Origin: Eubacteriales bacterium
GTDB taxonomy: Bacteria; Bacillota; Clostridia; Oscillospirales; CAG-272
Reading direction: 5' to 3'
DNA: 56,941 nt
Assembly: GCA_045596925.1 (NCBI GenBank)
Contig: JAZODH010000004.1
Location: forward strand, 1 to 56,941
The notes beneath the pieces are model-generated. The model made no database searches. It was given only the letters and a program-made list of their open reading frames with translations, and was not told the DNA's origin. Both the position numbers and the translations under genes were made by a program. Positions 16,959-26,480 of the stretch are shown in pieces (the first letter of the stretch is position 1; every line of letters starts with the position of its first letter).

Positions 16959-18335
16959 TTATTGATCGCGGGGCAAATTGCGCCGCAGGAACAAAACGTT
17001 AAAAGGAATACAAACCAAAAAAGTGAGCAGGTCCGCCGCAGGTTGAGTCATCAGTATTCCGTCCAGTTCAAAGATTGCAGGCAGAATAAAGATGAGCGGG
17101 ACGAAGAATATCCCCTGCCTCAATGACGCAAGAACAGAAGCCCCCTTTACAAATCCAAGGCATTGATAGAGCTGATTTACATACGTGGAATAACCAAGGA
17201 ACGGGAGCGTTGCGCTCATGTAAAGAAGCATACGAACGCCGATATCGACCACCTCGCGGGTCTCGGGACGGAACAACTCAATGAGCTGTTCGGAGAAGAA
17301 TAAGAGGATAAGAGACGCAAGGATCGAAACGCCGGTTCCGAGAGCCGTAGCCACCCAAAAAGCTTTTTTGACGCGGTCATTTTTCTTTGCGCCGAAGTTG
17401 TATCCCGCAACGGGCTGAAAACCGTGGCCGATACCGAGAACAAAGCTCCGCAACAGCATATAAAGCTTGTTTGCGATTCCCACAGCCGCGATGGCAGCGT
17501 CTCCATAGACCTTGACCTGCACGTTCAGAAGAGTCGTCGCGAGACTTCCGAGCCCCTGTCTGAACACGGTAGGAAGACCCGTTCTTACTATTACAACGTA
17601 GTCGTGAATCTTAAAACTTATATTTTTCAGGGAGAGCTTCACTATACTCTTTCCCATAACATAAACAGACATCAGAATACAAAAACTGATCAACTGACTG
17701 AGCACGGTGGCAAGCGCCGCGCCCGCAACACCCATGTCAAGGGTAAAAATGAAAATAGGGTCGAGGAAAATATTCAGCACTCCACCTGCAGTTATGCCGA
17801 TCATCGAAAACGTCGCCTTGCCTTCCGCTCTTACTATATTATTAAGAACGAAGGATGCGCACATGATGGGAGCGCCGAGCAAAATTATAAAGGCGTAATC
17901 CACGGCATAGGGCAATATCGTCGCGGTAGAGCCGAAAACGCGGAGAAGTCCCGGCAGATTTATCATTCCGCCGCCCGTGAGAAGAAGCCCCATGAACACC
18001 GCGGCAAAAACTGCGCTGGAAGCATACTTGTTGGCACTTTTTTCGTCTTTTGCTCCCAATTTCATTGAAACAAGGCTGCCACCGCCCATGGCAATACCAA
18101 ATCCTATGGCCTGAAGTATTGATTGAAGAGCGAAAACGATAGAAACGGCACCGATGGCACTGTCCCCAAGGCTTGTTACGAAGAAGGTGTCCGCCATATT
18201 ATATATGGAAGTAATCATCTGACTCAGCACCGTGGGCAAGGACAGCTTTACTACCAGTTTCGTCACCGATTGCTCGGTCATTCGTTTATATTCCGCCTCC
18301 GAATTGACGGTTTTCTCCAATTTGATCGCCTCCAA
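16959..18335 (-). CDS. MATE-family efflux transporter
   Basis: 458 aa with about 12 predicted TM segments and a typical MATE N-terminus (LSLPTVLSQMITSIYNMADTFFV). Confidence 0.9.
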   Translation of the reverse strand: MEAIKLEKTVNSEAEYKRMTEQSVTKLVVKLSLPTVLSQMITSIYNMADTFFVTSLGDSAIGAVSIVFALQSILQAIGFGIAMGGGSLVSMKLGAKDEKSANKYASSAVFAAVFMGLLLTGGGMINLPGLLRVFGSTATILPYAVDYAFIILLGAPIMCASFVLNNIVRAEGKATFSMIGITAGGVLNIFLDPIFIFTLDMGVAGAALATVLSQLISFCILMSVYVMGKSIVKLSLKNISFKIHDYVVIVRTGLPTVFRQGLGSLATTLLNVQVKVYGDAAIAAVGIANKLYMLLRSFVLGIGHGFQPVAGYNFGAKKNDRVKKAFWVATALGTGVSILASLILLFFSEQLIELFRPETREVVDIGVRMLLYMSATLPFLGYSTYVNQLYQCLGFVKGASVLASLRQGIFFVPLIFILPAIFELDGILMTQPAADLLTFLVCIPFNVLFLRRNLPRDQ

Positions 18336-18405
18336 ACAAATGGAACTACGTTAGATTTTATCACGCGCCTCGACGTATGTCAACCCTTTTTTCGGTATTC
18401 AATAG

Positions 18406-18519
18406 GTGTTGTTCCCCGCTTTTTTCTTTGCCGAATCGTCGACGGTCGTCGCCGTCGAAGTCCTTGACGCGATCTACAAGTCCGCCGAAACAGGACACGA
18501 GGTCCAAATAAATCTTTAA
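18406..18519 (+). pseudogene. Possible 37-codon C-terminal remnant of a Gfo/Idh/MocA-type oxidoreductase
   Basis: The frame reads VLFPAFFFAESSTVVAVEVLDAIYKSAETGHEVQINL*, opens right after a TAG and is followed by a strong terminator. It resembles the ...AIYxSAxTGxxVxL C-termini of that family. There is no start codon context. Confidence 0.3.
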
Positions 18520-18523
18520 TTTT

Positions 18524-18552
18524 AAAAAAGCTCCGATCCTCGGAGCTTTTTT
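18524..18552. terminator. Hairpin with flanking A6/T6 runs
   Basis: AAAAAAGCTCCG-ATCCT-CGGAGCTTTTTT. Confidence 0.6.
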
Positions 18553-18650
18553 CTTTTTCATGTTGATTTCTTAATAAATTTGTGTTATTATGTAAAGGTA
18601 TTTATCCCGAGCCGTCCTCATATAATTGAAAAAAACACAAAGGACGGATC

Positions 18651-19304
18651 ATGACGGATAATTATCGCTCGGAGCTTCTTTCAAGAATAAGAAAACTCAA
18701 TTTCACAAACGCACGCGTATCGGGACAGGCGTTTCGCCTGTTTCTGCTTTTTGCGTTGTTCTTTGCCTTATTTTTCGGGGTCGGCTATTCGACGGATATC
18801 GGAGAGAGCACAAAAAAAGTCGTCATCGACTTTTTTTGCACGGGTTTCTCGGACGCAGGATTTTTTTCCTTCGTCAAACAAATGTTTTCCTTTTCCTCCT
18901 TCGATTTTTATGCGGCATTGATAATCCTTTTGTCGGGCTACACCATGCTTGCCGTTCCCGTGTCAGCCCTTTGCCTGGCATACACAGGCTCAAAAAGCGG
19001 ATATTGCTTTGCCTGCTTGTGGAAGACGCTTATAGCTTCGGGCAAGTTATCGGGCGGCGGCGCCACATTTGCGTATCTCGCCATATGCAAGCTCTGCGTG
19101 CTTGTGGCGGTAATATTCATTGCACTTTGCGCGCGGGATTTTTCATACAGATACTCGGATATATACAGAAGATCCTCCCGCCCGCTTTCGTCTCCCGAGT
19201 CCGCAAATTACGCAATGATCACTCTGTCAAGCGCAGGCGTTACCGTATTAATAAATCTGCTGTTTTTGACTTTTCAATTTATTTCCCCATCAAAGTACAT
19301 CTGA
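18651..19304 (+). CDS. Integral membrane protein, possibly SpoIIM-like
   Basis: 217 aa with about 5 TM segments; size and topology resemble stage II sporulation protein M. This is a weak assignment. Confidence 0.4.
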   Translation: MTDNYRSELLSRIRKLNFTNARVSGQAFRLFLLFALFFALFFGVGYSTDIGESTKKVVIDFFCTGFSDAGFFSFVKQMFSFSSFDFYAALIILLSGYTMLAVPVSALCLAYTGSKSGYCFACLWKTLIASGKLSGGGATFAYLAICKLCVLVAVIFIALCARDFSYRYSDIYRRSSRPLSSPESANYAMITLSSAGVTVLINLLFLTFQFISPSKYI

Positions 19305-19320
19305 GAAAGGAAAAAACGTT

Positions 19321-20274
19321 TTGGAAGACAACAAGAAGTTTAAACTTTTCAAAAGGAAAGAAAAAAAGGACATAACTCCCGAAGAGGTCGAGGCTGAAAG
19401 AAACGCCCCCAAGGGCATAAAAATGTTTTTCAAGCTGCTCAAAAGGAATTTCGGCTCGCTGATCTCTCTTAATCTGATGATGCTGTTTATGGTCATTCCT
19501 CTGATGGCGGCGTTTTACGTTTATCTGCAGGGCGACACCACCCCCTCGGTGACAAGCCCGCTCTTCGCCACACTTCACGGAGCAAATCTTATCATAGGCT
19601 CACCCGCCACAGAGCTGGCAAAGAATACCTTTGCCACCCGTCTTATGCTACCGGTCCACAATTCCGTGGTATATCCCATAATGATCGGCATCGGTGTACT
19701 TCTTGCCCTCACCTGGGGCTGGCAGAACGTGGGCTCCACCTACGTCTTGCGCTCAATGGTGCGCTCGGAGCCCGTTTACGTCTGGTCGGATTATTTCTAC
19801 GCAATAAAAAAGAACTTAAAGCAGGGCTTTATTTTCGGAATTATCGATTTCATCATTATTGCGGTGCTTATTTTTGATATCATGTGGTTTTCGGGCAACA
19901 CGGGTTCGTTTGGACAGGACGTTATGTACTTCTGCACCGTGGGTCTTGCACTTCTTTACGTTTTTATGCGTTTTTATCTTTACATCATGCTCATCACCTT
20001 TGATCTGAGTAATTTCAAGCTCCTTAAAAACGCGCTTATCTTCACTACGATCGGTATCAAGAGAAACATTTTGGGCGGACTGGGCATTTTGCTCATGGCG
20101 GCACTGAACATAGCTCTGATCATTCTGCTCCTCCCGATGGGAATGGTGGTCCCGCTTATACTTCCTCTTTTCTATTTCATGTCCTTTGCATCGTTTATCT
20201 CGGTTTATACAGCATATCCGAGCATTCAGAAGTACATGATAGACCCTATAATAAAGGAACAATTAGGCGAATAA
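19321..20274 (+). CDS. Integral membrane protein, DUF624/YesL-like
   Basis: 317 aa with a Lys-rich N-terminus followed by multiple TM segments. The TTG start is uncertain. Confidence 0.5.
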   Translation: MEDNKKFKLFKRKEKKDITPEEVEAERNAPKGIKMFFKLLKRNFGSLISLNLMMLFMVIPLMAAFYVYLQGDTTPSVTSPLFATLHGANLIIGSPATELAKNTFATRLMLPVHNSVVYPIMIGIGVLLALTWGWQNVGSTYVLRSMVRSEPVYVWSDYFYAIKKNLKQGFIFGIIDFIIIAVLIFDIMWFSGNTGSFGQDVMYFCTVGLALLYVFMRFYLYIMLITFDLSNFKLLKNALIFTTIGIKRNILGGLGILLMAALNIALIILLLPMGMVVPLILPLFYFMSFASFISVYTAYPSIQKYMIDPIIKEQLGE

Positions 20275-20278
20275 GTTT

Positions 20279-20308
20279 AACCGAGGCGACTTTGTCGCCT
20301 CGGTTTTC
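20279..20308. terminator. Bidirectional terminator hairpin
   Basis: AACCGAGGCGAC-TTTG-TCGCCTCGGTT followed by a T-run. Confidence 0.65.
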
Positions 20309-20981
20309 AGTTTATCAGCTCGCTTATTGTGACAAATTTATATCCTTGCCTTTGAAGCTCGGGAATTATCAGTTCAAGCGCTTGAGGCGTGGGGCTGTTG
20401 TAGCTGACGTAATCGTGCATGAGGATTATATCGCCGCTGTCGATATTTTGTGTCACGTTCTCATAAATCTCCGCAGGGCTTGAGTGTGCCCAGTCCCGTG
20501 TATCAACAGACCACAGTATCACCGAATATCCAAGTGCCGATGCACTGTTTTCCACCGCTTCGCCAAAAGCGCCCTCAGGCGGTCTGAAAAGCACCGTCTG
20601 ATACTCGCCGAGACTGTATATCACATCGTCGCAACGGGTCATTTCATTTAGCACCTCGTCTTCTGTCATTCGCTTTACTCGGTTGTGGGTGTAAGTGTGA
20701 TTCCCGATCTCATGACCTGCCTCGACTACCGCGCGGGCAGCGTCGGGATAATAATCGATGTTCTGTCCCACAAAGAAAAAGGTGGCTTTGACACCGTATT
20801 TTTCGAGAATATCAAGTATCTGTTTGGTATAACGCGGGTGCGGACCGTCGTCAAAGGTGAGAGCTATCATTTTATCATCACAGTCCTCACTGTGAAAGAT
20901 CGTCCTGCTTTGCGCCGCATAAATACGAATCGGGACAAGCAAAAGGACGAAGGTGGTAAAAAATGCAACCGTCTTTTTCAC
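20307..20981 (-). CDS. Polysaccharide deacetylase (NodB homology domain), secreted
   Basis: 224 aa with a signal peptide and the motifs LTFDDGPHPRYT and HEIGNHTYTH. Confidence 0.85.
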   Translation of the reverse strand: MKKTVAFFTTFVLLLVPIRIYAAQSRTIFHSEDCDDKMIALTFDDGPHPRYTKQILDILEKYGVKATFFFVGQNIDYYPDAARAVVEAGHEIGNHTYTHNRVKRMTEDEVLNEMTRCDDVIYSLGEYQTVLFRPPEGAFGEAVENSASALGYSVILWSVDTRDWAHSSPAEIYENVTQNIDSGDIILMHDYVSYNSPTPQALELIIPELQRQGYKFVTISELIN

Positions 20982-21766
20982 GATCTCACCAGCTCGTCAA
21001 GTGTTCCGAAACGGTATCCCATTTCTCGCAGCTCACAGATGACCGAGTCGAGGATTGACGCGTTGGTCTCGGACGTCGGGTGAAGCAGTATTACTGCACC
21101 GTTGTGAACGTTGTCGATTATCTTTTTCCTTGCGTACTCGTAAGATGGCTGACGGCTGTTGTCCCAGTCGGCGTAAGCAAAGCTCCAAAAGATGGTTTTG
21201 TAACCCATATCGTTCACCGTTTCAAGACTCTTTCGGTCAAATTTCCCCTCGGGAGGACGAAAGAATTTCGGCATTTCCTCGCCCGTAAGCTTTTCATAAG
21301 ACTCCGAAAGCGAATTTATTTCATTCTTGATCTCTTCCGCGCTCAGTCTTGTAATATCCTTGTGTTCAAAAGTGTGGTTGCAAACAAGATGTCCCTCGTC
21401 TATCATACGACGGATAAGGTCTCCGTTCTTCTCTATCAAATTACCTAAAATAAAGAACGCACCCGGAACCTCCTGCTCTTTGAGAGTATCGAGGATCCTT
21501 GATACGTTTCCGTTTTCATACCCCGCGTCAAAGGTCAGGTACACCACCTTATCGTCACTGTCGTCGGTAACTTTTTCGTCGATATAAAAGCCTCCAAGGT
21601 CTTTTATATAGGTCATCTGCGGATCAAGAGGTGGTCTGAGGTGATTTTTTTGACGTTTGCAATACCAGCTGTTAAAATTTTCCGAAGACGATGCCGCCGC
21701 AGCAACGGCAAAAAGAATTGCAATTCCAAGGATAAGTGCTGTAATTGGCAAAATTTTGTATTTCAT
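20978..21766 (-). CDS. Polysaccharide deacetylase, PdaA-like (delta-lactam-biosynthetic de-N-acetylase type)
   Basis: 262 aa with a signal/anchor and the motifs YLTFDAGYENGN and VCNHTFEHKD. It overlaps the downstream deacetylase gene by 4 nt. Confidence 0.8.
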   Translation of the reverse strand: MKYKILPITALILGIAILFAVAAAASSSENFNSWYCKRQKNHLRPPLDPQMTYIKDLGGFYIDEKVTDDSDDKVVYLTFDAGYENGNVSRILDTLKEQEVPGAFFILGNLIEKNGDLIRRMIDEGHLVCNHTFEHKDITRLSAEEIKNEINSLSESYEKLTGEEMPKFFRPPEGKFDRKSLETVNDMGYKTIFWSFAYADWDNSRQPSYEYARKKIIDNVHNGAVILLHPTSETNASILDSVICELREMGYRFGTLDELVRS

Positions 21767-21937
21767 AACTTCCCTCCTTTCGTTTATATTGTGCCGCTAA
21801 AATTGTCTTTTTCTCTGAAAATATGTGTTTGCCTTTGCAGGATTTACAAAAATCACAAATATTTTGACAAATAATGTGAGATGTTCATAATATTGTCACA
21901 AAATTAATATATAATGTGCGGGAATGGGGGTGGAAAT

Positions 21938-22684
21938 TTGAAGAAAAACACCAACACATTTGAAAGAAAAGAAAAAAAGATAATCATAAATAAATCAGAC
22001 TTCCCCGCCATCTCGGAAAAGATAATGGAGCATCTTGTTCCCGACAAGTACAACGACGGCGGCAAGCCTTACGATATATGTAACATCTATTTTGACAACG
22101 ATCGCGGCGACGTCATTCGCAATTCGGTGTCAAAGCCCCGATATAAAGCAAAGCTTCGCTTAAGAAGCTACGGCACGCCCTCTCTTGACGACAGCGTCTT
22201 CTTTGAGATAAAGAGTAAGACGAACAAGGTCGGCACGAAACGCCGCGCCATTATGCCCTTGAAAAAAATATACGATTTTATCGAAACAGGAAACATTCCC
22301 GAGGATGAAAGTTACATAAACCGCCAGGTTTTGCGCGAAATTGCATATTTTATCGAAACTTATGATGTAAAGCCGAAAACATACGTATCATACAGGCGCT
22401 ACGCCTTTTATTCAAAGGATGATCCCAACCTCAGAATAACCTTTGATACCGATATCATTTCAAGGCGGGATGATCTTCGCCTTGAACTTGGAAATCACGG
22501 AGAAGCTCTGCTTTCCGACGACAAAATGATAATCGAGATCAAGTTTTCGGGAAGCATTCCCCTTTGGTTTGCACATATATTATCCGATTTTGGACTTGCA
22601 ATCGGCAGTTTTTCCAAGATCGGTCACGAATTCAAGAAAAATCTGCTCGACAACGCAGATATGAAAGGAACGCAACATGTATAA
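21938..22684 (+). CDS. VTC-domain (polyphosphate polymerase/CYTH-like) protein
   Basis: FERKEKKIII near the N-terminus and a length of about 248 aa are typical of bacterial VTC-domain proteins. The TTG start follows GGGGGTGG; the longest ORF starts at 21914. Confidence 0.7.
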   Translation: MKKNTNTFERKEKKIIINKSDFPAISEKIMEHLVPDKYNDGGKPYDICNIYFDNDRGDVIRNSVSKPRYKAKLRLRSYGTPSLDDSVFFEIKSKTNKVGTKRRAIMPLKKIYDFIETGNIPEDESYINRQVLREIAYFIETYDVKPKTYVSYRRYAFYSKDDPNLRITFDTDIISRRDDLRLELGNHGEALLSDDKMIIEIKFSGSIPLWFAHILSDFGLAIGSFSKIGHEFKKNLLDNADMKGTQHV

Positions 22685-23351
22685 CGCAATCTGGTCAATT
22701 CCTACACTGTCTCTTCCCCTTGTGGACTTTTTGAAGATTTTCGGCGTATCCGTTGCCTGTGCTTTGATAATTTCCCTTACATACATTTTCTCACGCAGAA
22801 AAACAGGCTACCGTCCTTCCGTTGTATCGAGTATTATGTTGCTCACCCCCGCGGTCTGCCTGATTATGCTCGTTGTTGGCGACAGCGCCGCAAGAGCAAT
22901 CAGCATCGGCGGCGGCATCGCATTTATCCGTTACAGAACCACCTTTGAGGATTCCCGCGACCTCACGCATATCCTCGTGGCTCTCGCCGCAGGTATCGCC
23001 TGCGGAACGGGTCTCGTAGGGCTTGCACTCTATTCAGTTATTATCATTTGCTTCATCTCCGCCGTGATCTCTTTTGTTAATTTCGGCAAGATCAAATCAA
23101 GCGTTATGCGCCTGAAGATCACTATCCCCGAGGATATCAATTTTTACGGGATTTTCGACGAGACCCTCGCAAAATACTGCAAGAGCTATGAGCTTGATTC
23201 TATCAAGACTGCCGATTTCGGCACTCTCTGCGAGCTGACTTATACCATTAACATCAAAGATATTGAAAAGCGCAAGGAGCTTATCGACGAGATCAGAGTA
23301 AGAAACGCTAATCTTAACGTCGTTCTCACAAGAAAGAATTTTGAAAAGTAA
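22677..23351 (+). CDS. DUF4956-domain membrane protein (usual partner of bacterial VTC proteins)
   Basis: 224 aa with N-terminal TM segments and a soluble C-terminal domain. It overlaps the VTC gene by 8 nt. Confidence 0.65.
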   Translation: MYNAIWSIPTLSLPLVDFLKIFGVSVACALIISLTYIFSRRKTGYRPSVVSSIMLLTPAVCLIMLVVGDSAARAISIGGGIAFIRYRTTFEDSRDLTHILVALAAGIACGTGLVGLALYSVIIICFISAVISFVNFGKIKSSVMRLKITIPEDINFYGIFDETLAKYCKSYELDSIKTADFGTLCELTYTINIKDIEKRKELIDEIRVRNANLNVVLTRKNFEK

Positions 23352-23361
23352 TATTAAAAAC

Positions 23362-23390
23362 AAAACGGCCTCACTGCCGTTTTGTTTTAT
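23362..23390 (+). terminator. Intrinsic terminator
   Basis: AAAACGGC-CTCACT-GCCGTTTT followed by GTTTTATTTT. Confidence 0.6.
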
Positions 23391-23608
23391 TTTGCACCAA
23401 AAATTCCGACTTTTTTCTTTCCTTTTGGGCATGTGTACGAACGCGGTTCGTTAATTTGTGAACAAAGTGTAACCTTTGAAAAAAATATTCCGAAAATGTT
23501 GAAAAAATAATCGGTTTATGGTATCATTAGAATAGGAAAATTTGGGTATTGATACCCTTGACTCCACGTGTAAAACAAAAATATATATTTTATCAAGGAG
23601 AAATTATC

Positions 23609-25393
23609 ATGACAAACAACAAGCATGTACTTTCCTGGATCGACGAGATGGCTGCTATGGTTCAGCCCGACAAGATCGTATGGATCGACGGCAGCGAGGC
23701 TCAGGCTGAAGAGCTGAGAGCAGAAGCTTGCTCCACAGGCGAGATGATCAAACTCAACCAGGACGTTCTTCCCGGCTGCTACCTTCACAGAACGGCGGTA
23801 AACGACGTTGCGCGCGTTGAAGGCAGAACCTTCATCTGCACATCCAAGCAGGAGGACGCAGGTAACATCAACAACTGGATGGAAAAGAACGAGTGCTACG
23901 AAAAGCTCTCCAAGCTCTACCGCGGTTCCTACAAGGGCAGAACTATGTACGTTATTCCCTACTCCATGGGCGTTGTAGGCTCTGATTTCGCTAAGATCGG
24001 CGTTGAGCTGACAGACTCTATCTACGTCGTTCTCAACATGCTCATCATGACAAGAGTCGGCAAAAACGTTATCGACGCTCTCGGTGATAGCCCCGACTTT
24101 ATCAAGGGTCTCCATGCAAAGAAGGATATTGACGAGGACAACAGATACATCTGCCACTTCCCCGAAGATAACACTATCTGGTCCATCAACTCCGGCTACG
24201 GAGGAAACGTTCTGCTGGGCAAGAAGTGCTTCGCTCTGAGAATAGCTTCCTACCTTGGCAGAAAAGAAGGCTGGATGGCTGAGCACATGCTCATCCTCGG
24301 CGTTGAGTATCCCGACGGCGAAGTTAAGTATATCTCCGCCGCATTCCCCTCCGCTTGCGGTAAGACAAACCTCGCAATGCTCATTCCTCCCGCAATCTAC
24401 GGCAAGAAGGGCTACAAGGTATGGACTGTCGGTGACGATATCGCTTGGATCCGCGTAGGTGAGGACGGACGTCTTTACGCTATCAACCCCGAGAACGGCT
24501 TCTTCGGCGTTGCTCCCGGTACGAACGACCACTCCAATCCCAATGCTCTTGCAACAACTAAGAGCGGCTGTATCTTTACAAACGTTTGCCACGATCTTGA
24601 CACCAACACAGTTTGGTGGGAAGGTCTTGACAACAATCCTCCCAAGAACGCTCTCAACTGGAAGGGCGAGAAGTGGGATTATACAAAGTACGACAAGGCT
24701 GACAAGGTCAACACCTCCGGTGCTCACCCCAACTCCCGCTTTACAGCAATGGCAACAAACTGCCCCTGCATCTCCAGCGAGTTCAACACTCTCAAGGGTG
24801 TTCCGCTCTCCGCTATCATCTTCGGCGGCCGTCGTGCAAAGACAGCTCCCCTGGTTTACGAGTCTCGCAGCTGGCAGCACGGTACCTTCGTTGGTTCTAT
24901 CATGGCTTCCGAGACAACGGCAGCTGCTGCAGGTGCAGTAGGCGTTGTTCGCCGCGACCCCATGGCTATGCGTCCTTTCGTTGGCTACAACATGGGTGAC
25001 TACTTCCGTCACTGGCTCGACATGGGCAAGAAGATCCCCAACGCACCCAAGATCTTCCACGTTAACTGGTTCCGCACCGACGCTGAGGGCAACTTCATCT
25101 GGCCCGGCTTTGGCGACAACATGAGAGTTCTTATGTGGATCCTCGCTCGTTGCGAAGGCAAGGTTGACGCTGTTGAAACTCCTATCGGCTTTGTTCCCCG
25201 TGCTGAAGACATCAACATCGAAGAGCTTGAGGGCGTTACCGTTGACACTATCCGCGAGCTTCTTACCATCGACAACGCTTCCTGGCTTGAGGACGTTGCA
25301 AACATCAAGGAGTTCTACGCACAGGTCGGCGACAGAGTTCCCGCAGAGCTTTATGACGAGCTTGCAATTCTTGAAGCAAATCTTACAAAGTAA
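23609..25393 (+). CDS. pck: Phosphoenolpyruvate carboxykinase (GTP)
   Basis: About 594 aa. Motifs: FPSACGKTNLAM (kinase-1a/P-loop), WIRVGEDGRLYAINPENGFFGVAPGT, NWFR. AAGGAG lies 8 nt upstream of the ATG at 23609. Confidence 0.95.
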   Translation: MTNNKHVLSWIDEMAAMVQPDKIVWIDGSEAQAEELRAEACSTGEMIKLNQDVLPGCYLHRTAVNDVARVEGRTFICTSKQEDAGNINNWMEKNECYEKLSKLYRGSYKGRTMYVIPYSMGVVGSDFAKIGVELTDSIYVVLNMLIMTRVGKNVIDALGDSPDFIKGLHAKKDIDEDNRYICHFPEDNTIWSINSGYGGNVLLGKKCFALRIASYLGRKEGWMAEHMLILGVEYPDGEVKYISAAFPSACGKTNLAMLIPPAIYGKKGYKVWTVGDDIAWIRVGEDGRLYAINPENGFFGVAPGTNDHSNPNALATTKSGCIFTNVCHDLDTNTVWWEGLDNNPPKNALNWKGEKWDYTKYDKADKVNTSGAHPNSRFTAMATNCPCISSEFNTLKGVPLSAIIFGGRRAKTAPLVYESRSWQHGTFVGSIMASETTAAAAGAVGVVRRDPMAMRPFVGYNMGDYFRHWLDMGKKIPNAPKIFHVNWFRTDAEGNFIWPGFGDNMRVLMWILARCEGKVDAVETPIGFVPRAEDINIEELEGVTVDTIRELLTIDNASWLEDVANIKEFYAQVGDRVPAELYDELAILEANLTK

Positions 25394-25406
25394 TTTAAAA
25401 CACACT

Positions 25407-25441
25407 CGCGCGCAGAAAAGATTTTTCTGCGTGCGTTTTTT
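25407..25441 (+). terminator. Intrinsic terminator after pck
   Basis: CGCAGAAAA-GAT-TTTTCTGCG, extended by CGCG/TGCG and followed by TTTTT. Confidence 0.6.
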
Positions 25442-25517
25442 GTTTTGAAAAGTATTGATTTTTAGATAGAAATGTGATATAATTTATTAAATATATATCG
25501 AAAGAGGTGGAAAAACC

Positions 25518-26468
25518 GTGGCAAACGAAAAAAAGAAGATATTTGCCGTGGTTGGCCCCACCGCAAGCGGTAAAACCGCTCTTTCGATAGAGCTTGCGAA
25601 ACGGCTGAACTGCGAGATCATCTCCTGCGATTCCATGCAGATATACAAAGGCATGGATATCGGCACGGCGAAGCCCACAAAAGATGAGATGCAATGGGTC
25701 CCTCACCACATGCTGGACGTAGCAGACCCCAAGATGTCTTTCAGCTCGGAGGATTATTCCCTTTTGGCCGGAAAATGCATCGACGATATCATCTCACGAG
25801 GCAAAACACCGCTTTTTTGCGGCGGCACGGGGCTTTATCTTGACTGCGTTCTGCGCGGTGCTCGTGACGACGGAGCAGATGAAAATTCCAAATTTCGCGC
25901 CGAAATGGAAAATCTGGCGGCCGAGCACGGAAACGGTCACGTTCACGCAATGCTTGCAGAGGTCGACCCCGAATCGGCACAGTCGATTCACGAAAACAAT
26001 CTCAAAAGAGTTATCCGCGCGCTTGAGGTCTATCACATGACCGGCAAAACAAAAACCGAGCTTGACAGACTTTCAAAAGCGGTAGAATCAAAATATGACG
26101 CCAAGGTTATCTATCTCTGCTTTAATTCCCGAGAACTTCTGTACGACAGAATAAATCGACGGGTGGATATAATGCTTGAGAACGGGCTGGAAGACGAAGT
26201 CCGCAGACTTGCTGAAGTCGGTGCGCTTCTGCCCGACACCACGGCGGGACAGGCTATCGGATACAAGGAAATGTTGAAATATATTGACGGACATATCACC
26301 TTATCCGAGGCGGCTGACGAAATAAAGCAAAATTCAAGAAGATATGCAAAGCGCCAGTTGACTTGGTTTGGCGCAAGAGAAAATTATTACAGGTTATACG
26401 TTGACGACGAGAACGGAATAAGAGATCTTTCACGTCTCGTTCATGAAGCTGACAATTATTTGGTTTAA
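25518..26468 (+). CDS. miaA: tRNA dimethylallyltransferase
   Basis: 316 aa. P-loop VVGPTASGKTALS, then SCDSMQIYKGMDIGTAKP. GTG start. Confidence 0.95.
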   Translation: MANEKKKIFAVVGPTASGKTALSIELAKRLNCEIISCDSMQIYKGMDIGTAKPTKDEMQWVPHHMLDVADPKMSFSSEDYSLLAGKCIDDIISRGKTPLFCGGTGLYLDCVLRGARDDGADENSKFRAEMENLAAEHGNGHVHAMLAEVDPESAQSIHENNLKRVIRALEVYHMTGKTKTELDRLSKAVESKYDAKVIYLCFNSRELLYDRINRRVDIMLENGLEDEVRRLAEVGALLPDTTAGQAIGYKEMLKYIDGHITLSEAADEIKQNSRRYAKRQLTWFGARENYYRLYVDDENGIRDLSRLVHEADNYLV

Positions 26469-26480
26469 AGGGGTGATTCA

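Noticed and set aside
18361-18561. 66-aa minus-strand ORF in the MATE/membrane-protein intergenic region
   Set aside because: It begins inside, and reads through, the A6-hairpin-T6 terminator. It has no RBS and a low-complexity basic sequence. The region is better explained as a gene remnant plus a terminator.
18836-19375. 179-aa plus-strand ORF overlapping the 18651-19304 membrane-protein gene in another frame
   Set aside because: It is an out-of-frame overlap with a basic, low-complexity composition and no TM or domain features. The 217-aa frame has a coherent multi-TM profile.
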